A stretch of 44,000 nt of DNA from Takakia lepidozioides (lineage: Eukaryota > Plantae > Bryophyta), in assembly GCA_030704615.1 (NCBI GenBank), contig JAKLZA010000247.1:1-44000 (forward strand), in the 5' to 3' direction. The position numbers and the translations under genes are program-made. Numbering within the stretch: the first letter of the stretch is position 1; every line of letters begins with the position of its first letter. This document shows positions 13,074 through 25,906 of this stretch, piece by piece. Under the pieces are notes generated by a model, which was given only the letters and a program-made list of their open reading frames with translations, did not search any database and was not told the DNA's origin.

Positions 13074-13470
13074 TTGGCTCTGCCGTGGCCCGCAAGCGGG
13101 CCATCATGGCATTCTCTCAAGAGACTATCTCTGATCCCTCCCTTTGGCACGTAGAGACGCTTTTGCTTGTACCGGACCAAAGCCTGAACATATCCCCGAA
13201 TGTCATCCGTTTGCTTCAAATTCCTCATCTTGTCCCGGGCGAGCCAAGACGCATTGAGGGGCACAAATTGTCTCTTCATAAGTTCCTTGAACCCACTCCA
13301 GCTCAAGGCTTCTGGGTCTGGACCTTGGTCGTGAAGGCGTTTCTCACCATTGTTGAGCATAACCCCTCAAATAGGTGGGAGCCACTTCCACCCGATCCTC
13401 GTCACTCAACTTGGCCGCCGGAAGTACTACCAAGAGCCAGGTATTGAGTGCCTTCTGATTTCGGACGCCC
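13074..13470 (-). mobile_element. Gypsy gag fragment fused to a ~95-bp pre-integrase segment
   Basis: SWSGFKELMKRQFVP...ARDKMRNLKQTDDIRGYV (gag-like) joins YKQKRLYVPKGGIRDSLLRECHDGPLAGHGRA. 13074-13170 duplicates ~11085-11183. Confidence 0.75.
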
Positions 13471-14064
13471 TCTAAACTAAGCGAATAAGGACATGTGTTA
13501 GATGACCTACTAGAACCAGTACAAACCTATAGTGATGGAGTCGTATTTGTAGTCATGAAATATGCCACATGCTACCCTCACTGATGTAGCGAGTAGTGAT
13601 ATATTCATAAGTGTAGTCATAAGGTACAGTCGTGTAGTCATATACATCTGGGGGGTCACGCGTCATGGAGAGACCCGTGTTTGTCACTGCAGAGTGATAT
13701 AGTCATAATCGCACTTATCACTGCAAATGTAGTGATATTTGCAGTCATAAAAACAATAATTTGTACTCATGAGACTTGAGGCGGGAACGACGACATGCCA
13801 TGAAGAAGTGGGAAGGGGAGGAGAGGGAAGGGGCTGTAGGGCTAAAGCGCCACAAGGTGGAGATGCCCAAATGGAGTCATCAATGTTGGCTGTGAAGGCA
13901 AGGAACATTGGCCGCGATTTGCGTGGCCTTGCACTACGCTACCTGGATTCAAGCATACAGGACATTGACCAGCAGTTGTAGAGTGCCATAAATGAAATGT
14001 ATGAGTAAACACCTTTCCCTGCTCATTTGCAATAAAATGTTGCATTTCATTGCTATGACGAGTC

Positions 14065-14175
14065 CCACATGACCCTATTTCCGTGCCTCCTAACCCTATT
14101 TCGTGGACACACAATGGCCCGCTAATGCTTTTTTTTTCCTGCTCATGCTCCTGCCGCTCATGAAATAGCAGCCCC
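14065..14175 (-). mobile_element. Inverted left terminus of a family B-related element
   Basis: Reverse complement begins GGGGCTGCTATTTCATGAGC, identical to 28982-29001. Patchy similarity continues (ggaaaaaaaa...gtgtcc.cg..aatagggtt.agg.gg.cacgg) to ~29115. Confidence 0.75.
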
Positions 14176-15879
14176 GGATATACCAAGCATGGTTGTGGTA
14201 GGAATGCCTTCGAGACATATGATCAACTGATACAGCAAGGGGTGATGCCCAATCAGGTCACATTTGTTTACATTCTCAAGGCTTGTGCGAGATTGGCAGC
14301 CCTGGAAAAACGGCAAAGAGATCCATGCTGACATATGAAAGCTGGAGTTGTACCAAATCTGATTTTGAACAATAGCCTTGTTGACATGTATGCGAAATGC
14401 GGGAGCATGAAGGTTGCAAAGAGAGTATTTGACAACATGGCTGAAATTACAGGTGATCCAAAGAGTAATGTTGGCAGGATTTACCAAGCATGGGTGTGGT
14501 AGGAATGCTTTTGAGACCTATGAGCAGATTCTGTGCAAAGGGGTGAAGCCCAACCACATCAGATTTGTTTGTGTTTGCAATGCATGTGCAAGCCTGGCAG
14601 CCCTAGAAAAGGGCAAAGAGGTGCATGGTTGCATCGCCAAAGCTGGAATTGTACCAAATGTGATTCTGAACAATACCCTCGTAGACATGTATGCCAAATG
14701 TGGGAGCATCGAGGATGTGGAGGGAGTGTTCAACAATATGGCTGAACGAGATTTGGTGTCATGGAACGCCATGCTTGTAGGATATGCATAGCAGGGGTGC
14801 GGGATGGAGGCCTGGGGGAAGGGGTGAAGCCCGACCACGTCACGTTTGTGTGCGTTTGCAATGCGTGTGCAAGCCTGGCAGCCCTGGAAAAGGGCAAAGA
14901 GGTTCATGGTGACATCATCAAAGCTGAAATTGCAAATGTCATTTTGGACACTGCCCTGGTTCACTTGTATGCAAAATATGAGTGCAATGAGGATGCAAAG
15001 GGAGTATTTGACAATATGGCTGAATGAAATGTGGTGTCGTGGAATGCGATGATCACAGGATATGCCCAGCATGGTTGTCATAGGGAGGTCCTGCAACTAT
15101 TTGAAGGAATGCAAAAGAAAGGCTTGAAGCTGGACAATATCACCTTTATATGTGTTCTCGCTGCCTGCAGCCACACTGACCTACTGAATGAAGGAAGATG
15201 CTACTTCGATTCCCTGAGTGAAGATCATGGTATCAATCTGACAGTAAAGCACTTTGGCTGCATGGTGGACCTTCTTGGACGTGCGGGACAACTGGATGAG
15301 GCAGTGGACCTGATTAATAAAATGCCAATCAATCTAGATGTTGTGGTGTGGAAGGCCTTGCTTGATGCTTGCAGAATCCATGGCAATGTGGAGATGGCTG
15401 AATGTGTGGCAACATCTATCCTCAAGTGGGATGAACAGGATGCCACGACTTATGTGGTGCTATATCAAACATCCATGCTGCAGCTGGCAGGTGGGATGAT
15501 ACTGCAAAGGTGAGAAGAATGATGAAGGTCAGAGGGGTTAGAAAGGAGCTAGATGACAAGTTGCATCCCAGAATTAAGGAAATCCATGCTGAGTTGAGAA
15601 GATTGTCTGGGCAGATGAAGGAGGCGGGTATGTGCCTGACATACGCTTTTTATTGCATGATGTGGAGGAAAGGAATTTCTCTTAGCCACCACAGTGAGAA
15701 GTTGGCGATTGGTTTTGGCTGATCAGCACAACTCATCAAGAATCTTCAAGTGTGTGGAGACTGCCACACCTCCACCAAATTCAACTCAAAGATTGTTGGC
15801 CGAGCAATTGTTGTATGGGACGCTAACTACTTTCCACCACTTTGAAGATGGGATTTGTTCTTGTGGTGATTACTGGTGA
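14176..15879 (+). pseudogene. PLS-class PPR protein with E and DYW domains (organellar RNA-editing factor), 5'-truncated and disrupted
   Basis: Repeats LVDMYAKCGS, VSWNAM, KPD..TFVCV.NACA; E domain HFGCMVDLLGRAGQLDEA, WKALLDACRIHGN; HSEKLA, VCGDCH, HHFEDGICSCGDYW-stop. In-frame stops (~14335, ~14789, ~15024) and frameshifts. Confidence 0.92.
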
Positions 15880-16659
15880 AAGGATGTTTCTTGTAAAGAT
15901 GCTAGTGTCTTGCTTCATTCATTGATCTGTGTAGCTACTCAGACCATCCACCATTTCCTGATAGTGGGGTCTACCCGGCATAGGTAGGAAGTCAGCCACA
16001 ATTGCACTTGACTGAAGGGTGATTTTTGACTGATTCTAGTGACAGTGGATGGAAATCAGAGTGTTGTCCTAATTCTGGGTTTGGGTGGTGGAGTTTCTCC
16101 AAAGCTTGAAGATGGAAGTGAATACAAATTTTAATGAGCTTGATGAGAGGGGCAGCCCTATGCACAAGTTTGTTCAGCATCATAAATTTGGACATGTTTG
16201 TTGTTTCTCATGGTGTGGCTTTGGATGGAGCCCTTGATGAACTTACATGAATATTGTTAAAAGCTAGCGTTAACCACTAAGATCCAATCCCACGGTGGAT
16301 GCTTGAAAGTTCATATAGTGAATGGAAGGGTATTTGGGTATGTTGATATTGATTGATGCGGCTTGTGAAAATTGAACATTGAAATGCAGATCCGCCACTT
16401 TTCTTCCAGAAAAAAACAAAACACGGGATCTCTGCATATAACACAGTGGGGATGACCCACCCCTTTTTTGTGAAAAATTGAACGTAGTTCTCAGAATTCG
16501 TCGCTAGTAGTGCGGAGCAACGCGAAGCCCTAGTATATCAAAAGAACTACAGCTTGTTGGCACGGTGGAGGTTGTGGTCTGGTGGTAGGTCGATAGCGAT
16601 GCGGCGGTGCAGGTCTTGGGTTCCATTCCCTGAACGTGGTTCACGTGGTAGGCGCTGAC

Positions 16660-16826
16660 TACAAAACTACCTCCATGGAGGTAGTGTGTAGCTACTCTCA
16701 TGCAGGTAGTTCAGCTTGGTTTTGCAACTACCTTCATGTAGAAAATCCTAAAACTACCTGCATGGAGGTAGTTGTAAATTTCATATGCCCAAAAAATTCT
16801 AAGTCCTTGACGCATGAAGGTAGTTT
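16660..16826. repeat. Cluster of the palindrome ACTACCT(C/G)CATGGAGGTAGT and its half-sites
   Basis: Perfect 20-bp palindrome actacctccatggaggtagt at ~16666, near-perfect copy at ~16753, partial copies at ~16700, 16727, 16813. Confidence 0.7.
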
Positions 16827-17469
16827 GCTCCTATATTAATGAGACGGGGGCCCATCGTCTGACCAGCCTCATTACGACGAGGCCACACAAAATTCTGAGC
16901 CCATCCCTCATAGCACTCCCCCTTATCCAGACGCTTCATAGCCGCCGCTTAAACATCAATGCGCAACGGCCTCTAATCACACACTCTACTGCTACAAATG
17001 CCTGCAAAGCCTTCGCTCTAATATCGCCCCTACATGCAGATTGCTGCCAGCGTATGCTGCTCCCAAACTCCCGCCGCCGCTCACACCTCCTCTGCTGCAC
17101 ACACACTCATGCCACCCGCTCGCTACTCACTGGACCCTCCCGACTCTTGTTAGTATAGTTGTCTGCCAAACTACCTCACCCCCATTGCTCCCCTGCAGAC
17201 TTCCATTTCCACATGTCTAGCTCAAAGGTTGGTGGCATCCAGAAGCGTACTAGTAGCATCCAGAAACAGCCCCACTCTAAAACTAGTATAGAAACCCGCA
17301 GTAAGAGGTCCAGTGCTCGCTCACTCTCCACACCTCGCTCTGCTACTAGGAAACAACAAATGGAAGGCGACAACGACATGGAGTTCCTATAGGACGGCGA
17401 CATGGACGTCAGCGATATGCATCCTCCGACGAGCAATTCTTTGCTGCAGACAACGCTTACCATACCGCT

Positions 17470-18542
17470 AGATTGCCACGGCAGGCTCAGCTGTTCGCAT
17501 GAGGTGTACACCATCACCATTTCAGAATTACCCACCTGCAATTGCACCGACTTCCAGATCATGGCGAACAAGGGGGCATCATACTGCCCTTGCAAGCATC
17601 TGTACTACGTGTACCTAAAGAGACTCCGGTGTAATTCCCAACTCATCACTTCATACATGCACCAGGGTTGAGCCCCCAAGAGGTGCACACTCTTCTGAAT
17701 ATGGATCCAGGGGACCAGTGACCTTGGCTTGCGGTCCCAACACTATGGTACGCCCATCCTTTTCGGATAGTAGAACTGTACTGCTGCAAGTAGCTCTGAC
17801 TTTGGCCACAGAAAGGTCCGACTTATGTCTTGCCTACAGTAAACCTGTTTTGCTCGAACTAAGATAATACTATGTCATTCACTCGTGTTTCCACGTGCAT
17901 GTATTTTTGTGTGTTGGAGGGTTCCTGTTTTTCTGCTCTCCCAAACTTTGCTTTCCTCATTCGACCCCCGGCAAGGAAATGCGGCGCCGCATTTCCAAGT
18001 AACGTCGTAGGTACTGGTAGATGCGGCATTCACCAACATCAAACTGCCCAAAAATTTCGCACGTGCGAACCCTAATGCGGCACCGCATTTCCCAGTTGAG
18101 TCTTCCCGCCGAATACTCAAAGATGACATAATTGTGCAGACTCTATTTGTTCAATCGCGGCAAAAGGGTCAGCTTCATTCCAATGTTAAGGCATGTAAAA
18201 CCGCGGAATACTCTATACAGGCCAGTATGCGACGTCCTTTTGCCGTGGTATACTGGATTTCTCGTTGCACGGTCACTCATTTCCATGAGCGGATGTAAAA
18301 AAACCATGAGCGGAGTTGTTACTGACGACATATCTTCGCCGCATTACAGGATCTGGAACTTCCAAAAACGGCAAGGTCAAATAAAAAACTATTATTTTAA
18401 TACTTGTTTAATCTGCCGCATTTCCAAATTTGGAGGAGTCCGCTCATGAAATCCGCGTGTCTTAGACTTCGGCTCACCGCTCATGCGGCTCATGCGGCTC
18501 ATGGCATGGCTCATGGTTTCTACTCATGAAATAGTAAACCTC
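17470..18542 (+). mobile_element. 3' fragment of a family B element (SWIM exon end, 3' region, right TIR)
   Basis: 17470-18180 is highly similar to ~43260-44000 (EVYTITISELPTCNCTDFQ...CKH). Ends in GCTCATG repeats and ctcatgaaatagtaaacctc, the inverted match of the 28982 TIR. Confidence 0.88.
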
Positions 18543-18738
18543 ACTTGTATCTTGTACTTCCCATCATGTACAGTCAGTACTGGGAATTCCAGTCATGGAA
18601 TACCCTGGCCATTTCAGCCATGCCGACCCAGTAATAAGGAATAGGCTTCCATAACATCATCCATTTTCAACACAGTCACTGTGATCTAAAAAATCATCTT
18701 TGGATCTGTATCTTTACTCCTCTTATCAAGCCTAAAGG

Positions 18739-18862
18739 CAGGGATGCCTCGGCGTGAGCCTGGTCACGTGAGCACGTGAGCGCGTGAGCGCGACTGCGCT
18801 CACGCCACGTCACCTTGCGCAAATGCCACGTCACGGGTCTCAGTCCACGTCATCACACGTGG
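18739..18862. repeat. Family A left terminus: TIR and CGTGAGC/CCACGTC subterminal repeats
   Basis: ggcgtgagc ctggt cacgtgagc acgtgagc gcgtgagc ... gctcacgccacgtc. Confidence 0.75.
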
Positions 18863-18959
18863 AGGCCGAGTCACCACGCACCCAGAAAGAAGTGGAGTGT
18901 ATTCCCGCGGATTGGCACCCTTTACCGCGGAAACAAGCTGGACGACATAAAAAAAGGCA

Positions 18960-19320
18960 TTGAATAAATGATGGATGAATGTACAGTTGGATGATAAACA
19001 GATGGATGAGTTTGAAAAATCTATGTAGATGGATGAATGACGGATGGATAAGAGTAAAATGGATGAATGTATAATGGATGTTGAGCAATGACAAAAATTC
19101 ATGACAGGAAGATGCATGACCAAATCTTTTGACGAATGCACAAAGTATATGAAATGAGTGTGGAAGGTTTGTGGGGTGGATTAAAGAGTACAGAGGATGA
19201 ATGTACAATGGATGTTGTACAAAGGAAGCTTTCATGAATGGAGCACGCATGAATACAGTGTAGATGAATGCACAATGGATATGAGAAGAGTCAGGAAGGT
19301 TTGTGAGATGGATTCATACA
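18960..19320 (+). repeat. Degenerate simple repeat (GGATGAAT-like)
   Basis: Recurrent gatggatgaatg(tac)a units. Confidence 0.6.
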
Positions 19321-19771
19321 TATAGCAATTTAAACGAAAGTTGATTCTGTGATTATTATTTGTTCTAAAGGAACAACTACGGTAGAGTAAGGGGATTCAA
19401 CGTTTCCAGATAATATGAAAATGAATATTAAAAAGAATACAGTTCAGTCTGACTCAGAGTCAGTACAATGTATCCCCTCTTCCTCTGCATCTAAGTCTAA
19501 GTTTTAGAACACCGGATCCACGCTGGATACACCTACGGCTGGCCACTAAAAAGTCAGGGGATAGGGACTCGGACGCGTGAAGTGCCATTGCTTCGGCATA
19601 AACAGGGAGCAGAAAATTGGAAAGGGGGCTGTCGAAAACAGACTCGCCAGAAATGACTGTATCTCCTGAAGATCCACCGCTGGCTTTCCTGAAAGACAGC
19701 CTGAAAAAGTTATTACTGTAACTTTGATGTTATCGAGAAATTGAGTATGACTCCCAAAGAGGGTTTAGCAC

Positions 19772-22700
19772 TTACTCACATGAAAAGTCGTTGTCGACCT
19801 GCTTATCTTCGGGATCGTCATCATTTCGAATATGAATCCGATCAGTCTGTGTGCCTGAAGTGGAGCCAGACAAAAGGGGAGGAGCACTGTGTTGTAGAGG
19901 TCAGAATCACCCTCCATACCAAAAAGGCTTCTTCCGCCTGCCTTGCATGCGTGGTAAGTTGCTCCTGCACCAGACAGGAGAACAAACAGTTTGGAGGAGG
20001 GGATTTAAGCAGATGAAACTGAAAGGAAACCAATTCGGAAGGGAAAACGAACCTGTGGACACAGAAAGATCGACCACCCGTGCAGAGCGGTGGCTGCATG
20101 ACTCCAGCAGTATTTGCATGAATGCTGGTGACTTTTCCTTTGCACCTCTCCAGGGAGTGCCATCTGGTCTCTTCAGAGTCTGACTGGACTGCATGAAGTT
20201 GTACAAAATGTCATCGACATGGGGCTCATAGGGGGGGTTGACGAAACAACCCTGGTCAGAAATCTCAAAGCTGCGGATGGAGGATGGTGTCTTTGATGTG
20301 CGAATCCTCCGCAGGCAGATCGCCTCGAACATCCTCGTCTGCCAAAGATAGCAGGTTAGTGTGGTAAACACAATCTAAAGTGGAAGTGTGTACATCGGCT
20401 ATTCAGAACTCTGACACCAAAAAAACCATGAATCGTTGATGATCGGTGTCGATCATAAAACATTCTACTAGAGTGGAGCTGCAGAGAAAATTGAAACTCA
20501 TGATCAAAGCATAAGCAGAAGGCAGACGGCATACCAGCTGACCAGGGAAACCCCCTTTCACAAGGTAGAGGCTGTTCACACAATTCCATGTGCGCAAAAC
20601 TTCAAACCCTGAAGACTTGAGGTATGATGCCAATGCCCGACGACTATCATTGTCACATGACTGAAAAAGCAGAAGTGTCCCTGCATCAGAGAGGAAATTG
20701 TTACAGAACCCGAATACCCAACTCCAGTAGTTGTCCTCGAATTTGTTCCACCCTGGCGTCTTGCCCTTTGGAAGAACTTCTGGCACAGCCTGGCCATCCG
20801 GGATGTCGAGAATGACAATGTCGGCCGCATAAGTTTTCTGCACACCGCACACGAAGGTGGGACCTGTGCTCACCTGCAACAGACATGTTTTTTATAAGAA
20901 CGATGGCAAGAATGTTTTCAAAGAACGAGACTGAAATACTGCCAACGAAACATTCAGAGAAAAAGGAAAGAAAGTGGAATTCTCACCAGATTGAGGAATG
21001 AGATTATATTGTCCCAGGTAGGGGATGGCACCCCAGTGTATCCTCTCTTTCGACTCTGCATCATCGAAAGCCAACCCTCATTAACAATTTTCATCTCTCC
21101 TGCTGAATCAGAACGGGAAGGGTGTGGCTTGGCATCGAACACGCACTGAAGAGTGCGGGTATATCTTCCAGCACTAAAGTCCTGCCCACTCTCCATCTCC
21201 TTTTCATTCTCCTTCCCCTTGTCCTTTTCCTTCTCTTTGGACTTGTCTTTGTCCTTTGGCTTTGCTGGTGAGATGGCTATGACATCAACAGCCTTGTCTT
21301 TTGGTTTGCGGCCCGCCTTCTTTCCCTTCTGCGGCGTTCCCTGAGCATCAGGCTCCTTGGCAGCCAAGGTTGCTGTTTCGTTGATACTCTTCGTCAGTCA
21401 AAGGCGCCAGCATCTCAGCGTTATTGTTCAAGTATTTCATATGCTGTTCTTGAAAGGTCGTGTGCTCAGGTGGGCAGTCAAGGTACCACCCACAGTCTCT
21501 GAAGTGAGAAGGACTCCAGTCCTTCAATATCCCTGCAGTATACATGGTTGGATCGTTTGCAGGGTCCGACCACATGTCAAGATAGTCGGGAATTCCGCTC
21601 AGGTGATTTCCTTCCATAAGCACATATTTCGTGTACCTGAAAAAAGGAGATGAATCCCAACCCACAAAAGCGCTCAGTGAGTAAGATGCAAGTAGAACAG
21701 AAAGAATAAAACATGGATTGAAATGGCTCTGACAACTGCTCCAAGGACCTTTCAGGACCACACTACTGCTCCAGATATGAATGTCGTCAACGCCATTCAG
21801 AACATTCCATTCCATGACACTGTAAATACATCCTAATCAGGTGAATGCAAATATGCGATTAGAAATGACACAGACATAGAAGTGAATGTCGTCAACGACA
21901 TTCAAGAATGAAGCCAAATTATTACTGAAATGAAGCAAAATCACAGGATGGAAATAAAAAAATTGAGTAAGGAACCATCCAGGAAAACTCAATGCACATT
22001 CATAACGAACCTATCACTGAGGACCTCACAACATCACTGTATGTGAATGGCGTCAACGCCATTCACAAAAATACAAAAAAGAAACCAATTACTTAGCTCC
22101 CCAATCCATGAAAATTGAATTTGTCGTTTTTTAATAATACAGACACAGCTGTGAATGTCGTCAACGACATTCACTTTGGATTTCTTAAAACAGAGCTTAT
22201 GAAGCCTCCATATTCATCGCAAGAGGAAAAAACAATGCAGAACAACTGAATGTCTGCATTGACATTCAGCAAAATGAAGTGATCAACCTCATTGTAACCT
22301 CTATGGACATTACAAAAATTTAAATAACCTTGAGGACCACACAACAACTCCGTATGTGAATGTCGTCAACGCCATTCAAGGACATTATCAATTCTAATCA
22401 GGGACAATATAATTGCACCCTTAGATCCTAACCAGGTGAATTCATATACTCGCTTAAGAATGACTCAGACAAAGAAGTGAATGTCGTCAACGACATTCAA
22501 TCTGGATCTAAGATTGCAATCCATATGAAGCCACAATTTTTCCCAAAAAAACAGTAGAGTTTCAAGTATGACATTTCACCTGTACACAACTCGCATCATG
22601 GCCCACTCTCCTCCAACCTGACTGTCAAAGTCGTTGGACCGTAAAATGTTACCATCTTTGGAGAACTCCCGGAAAAAACAGTATCTCCAGGTGAGACCTC

Positions 22701-25054
22701 TCCACTTCCTTATGTATGCCTCCAATGACATTTGGGGAGGGGAAACAATCGCAATGTTCAGGTCCTTCAAAGTCTGATCCAGCACAATGACGGCGCGCTT
22801 TTCGAGCTGCAAATAGAATATTTGTCAGAATTGCAAAAAAGAAACACATCACATACTTGAAGAGAAGAAACAGCATGTTCGAATACACACCTGACTCCAA
22901 AATGTAGCCTTGTGGAGCCAGTTATCAAACACCAAATCACTGATTCCTTCCACCTTTGTGCCAGGCTGTATGGTGCTCTTTGGGAACTGATTCAAGTCCT
23001 TTACTGTTTGATCTGAGTTCCATATCTCCAGCCACCTTATTTTTGTTTGTGGGTCGACCATCGATATGGCCAGCCGGTGCAATTTCTCCTGCTGCATCTC
23101 CGGATGCACATGCTTGTCATAGTGTGTTTTGATCTGCTGAAGGAACTCAGGACCAAGTCCAGGATCTACTATTCTAAGCTGCTTTCCGAAGGCTGACATC
23201 AATTTGGTTCTTCGCATCTCAAACTCCTTCTTTATTGCAGCTTCCACACCCTTTGATGTCCTTAGTTCCTCTGGTGTAGTGCGGTAATATTCGGATTTTC
23301 CCTTCTCAGCTGCCTCTGCCAGTCTTGCTGCATTCATTCAAGTAGTGATTAGCTCCGAAGGGACTCTAAACATGTATTCGAAAAGTAAACAGAGTACAGA
23401 CTCGGGCTTACCGCATACATGTACTCCAGAAACGCCTCTCGTGTCAAAGAATACCAAGTGCCTGCAGCTCTTCCTGTTTCGCACTTCTTGATGATATGGG
23501 TGGTAGTACTGTCCGAAAATATCCAGCTTCATCAGACCAATCCTCTGAATTCGGAATAGGTGTGAACTACCAAGCTTTGTCACATGCGATTTCTCTGTCG
23601 ATCTGCAAAAACATTGAAAACATTGCATTCCTTAACACTGTTTTTTGATCAACAAGACACTACAGAGGGAATCAAATCTCCTGGATGACTTACTTGTTCA
23701 CGTCGTGCATAGCTGTAAGAAGCCTAGCGATGTCGTTTCCTGGATCCAAAACCATTGCCTCCACAGCAACATGCTTGTCTTTGTCTTTCGAATGGTGTTT
23801 CTGAATGTATCCCATCCATGCCAGCAATCGGTGGTTGCCGTCCCAGACGTAGAACATGTGGTTGCAAAATTGCTGGGTGTTCTTTCCCATCATGAGGCCC
23901 TCGAACTCCTCATTGGCATCTTTCCAGCACTCATCCCAGTTATCACTGATCTCTGGAGAAACTAATGTGCTTTTCCCATTTATATCCGTCAGTGACACAT
24001 AAAAAACTTGTGCACCAAGTCTATATCCATGCACAAAATCACTCTCCAATTTTGTTATGTCATGGGAAAGAGGTGGACGCACAACAGGCATTGATATCAT
24101 CCGGCACAGAGGTATGTCCAGACGCCCTCCAGATACGAGCATGTCCCTTATAACCTCCTGAGAGTTTACCTTCTGGAATGACATGAGTTCTTTCACCTTG
24201 TCAAGGTAGTGCACTTCGGATTCATCTGCTTCATCTGTATTCTCTGAGCTTTTTGCGGACTCGTCCCCATCTCCAGATCCTTTCCCCTCTGATCCTGTAG
24301 GCTTCGACCTCACAGTTTCTGCACGATGCCATTCAGTTCTGACTGAGTGATTTGCAAATAGTGAATGGGTAACGACAATCACTCTGTATCAAGGAAACTC
24401 ACCATGAATGGTGTGAAAGAATTCAGCACAATCTACACATGCAAAGCCGAGACTGCCGTATTCAAAACAAAAGTGAGAGCGATAGCGAACGGCGTTAACG
24501 ACAATCACAAAAGATAACAACCTGCCGGATCGGTGTTGTGTAATGACATATATGTGCAACTGATGGCGGCAACGACATTCAGTGTAGTTTAGGGAGAATA
24601 GTAAGTGCAGACTCTCTCTTCAAACACATAGGTACATAAATCTCATGAGCAGAATCGAATGGCGTTAACGACGCTCGCGATTCAGTAGTTCCTGCTAAAG
24701 AATGGAAGAGGAAGGACTCCTTGAAAGGCAATCACATAGACTATATGATAAAACTTACTGGCACCTTCTTAGGTTTTGAATTTGATCCCCTTCTGCAGCT
24801 TTCCTCTTCCCTCTCACATCTGCTGGAGTTTCTGTCTGCGCAAGGGTTTCTTGACCTTCTTCAGGTTCGGCGTTCCGCGTGCTTCCACCTTCTTCAGTGT
24901 CCCTGCGATTCATCTCTGCCTCCACAGGCTGGCGCACTCTTATCGCCGACTGTGTCGCAGCCGCTGCCTCAGTCTCCGTCTGCTCTTGTGAATCAGTCTC
25001 CGCGTTCACCTGCTGCCTTGGCCCTGTGTTCTCCAACAAACGACGCCTCGTCAT
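19772..25054 (-). CDS. ParB-like + beta-class DNA amino-methyltransferase-like fusion (family A, copy 2)
   Basis: Same exons and motifs as 277-5581 (WDGNHR, LDIPDG, VVDLSVSTG|ATYHACKAGGRSLFGMEGD); indels fall at different positions than in copy 1. Confidence 0.75.
21778..22499. repeat. Family A intronic palindrome series (copy 2)
   Basis: Same seven palindromes as 2292-3015. Confidence 0.9.
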
Positions 25055-25906
25055 TTTCTCTCTTGCTCTGCGTCTCTCTCTAAGGGAAGTAAAATAAAGA
25101 GACTTTCTTCTCTTTCGTATTCTAGAAGGAACCCTCTCCAGCTTGACTACCACTCTCCCTCTAAGCGCGAAAAGTAGAAAAACGCAGTGACTCCCGATTT
25201 CTTGCGGGATTGCCTGTGTTCTTGCGTGTCTCTAGAAGCATCGGATTCCCTCCCGCGTGACCGTTACACATAGTCGTTTCTTATTAGTGCACATGCCAGC
25301 AATTGGTGTACAGCTGTTCGTATTCAGTTATGGATGTCTGACGTGTGCCGCCCAAAACAAAACGGCGTGTTCTAAATTATAACTGGTTCAATATTTAAAA
25401 AGAACAGCGAATCCCAGAAATTGATGCGCAGTCTTAAACAAATAAATATAAATGAACGAGAGTTTGATGACAAATTTTGGAATATCATACACGGTCATCC
25501 TTGTTATCCAAACCCCACATTCGTTGCACATTTGGAACTTTCCAGGTGCGCATGATCATTGGTAGTAGTATATAGATACATTTACTTAATCTGCAATCCC
25601 ATTCTCGGATCCTGTGGCATGCTTCCAGGAAGTCGGCTTTGTTATTGGGTTTATTGATGAGGTTCTGATTAACGGTTTAACAGTTGCCGACACTGCCCTA
25701 TGGATCTCTGACCACTGGGCCCACAAGAAAAGTAATTAAAATGGACGGCTGCATATCTGGAATGAATAACAGAATATGCACAGTCGTTATCTGAGCTTCC
25801 TCCGCCATATGCTCTGCTCATTCTTCAACTGTGTTCTGGAGACAGCAGTAAACCGATTTACACTAGATCTGCGATAGCAAGGTACAAACATACTCGAGGA
25901 AGGAAG

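Noticed and set aside
12332-13447. ORFs across the LTR (e.g. 12686-13447, 253 aa)
   Set aside because: They run across LTR, PBS and rearrangement junctions and show no recognisable protein features.
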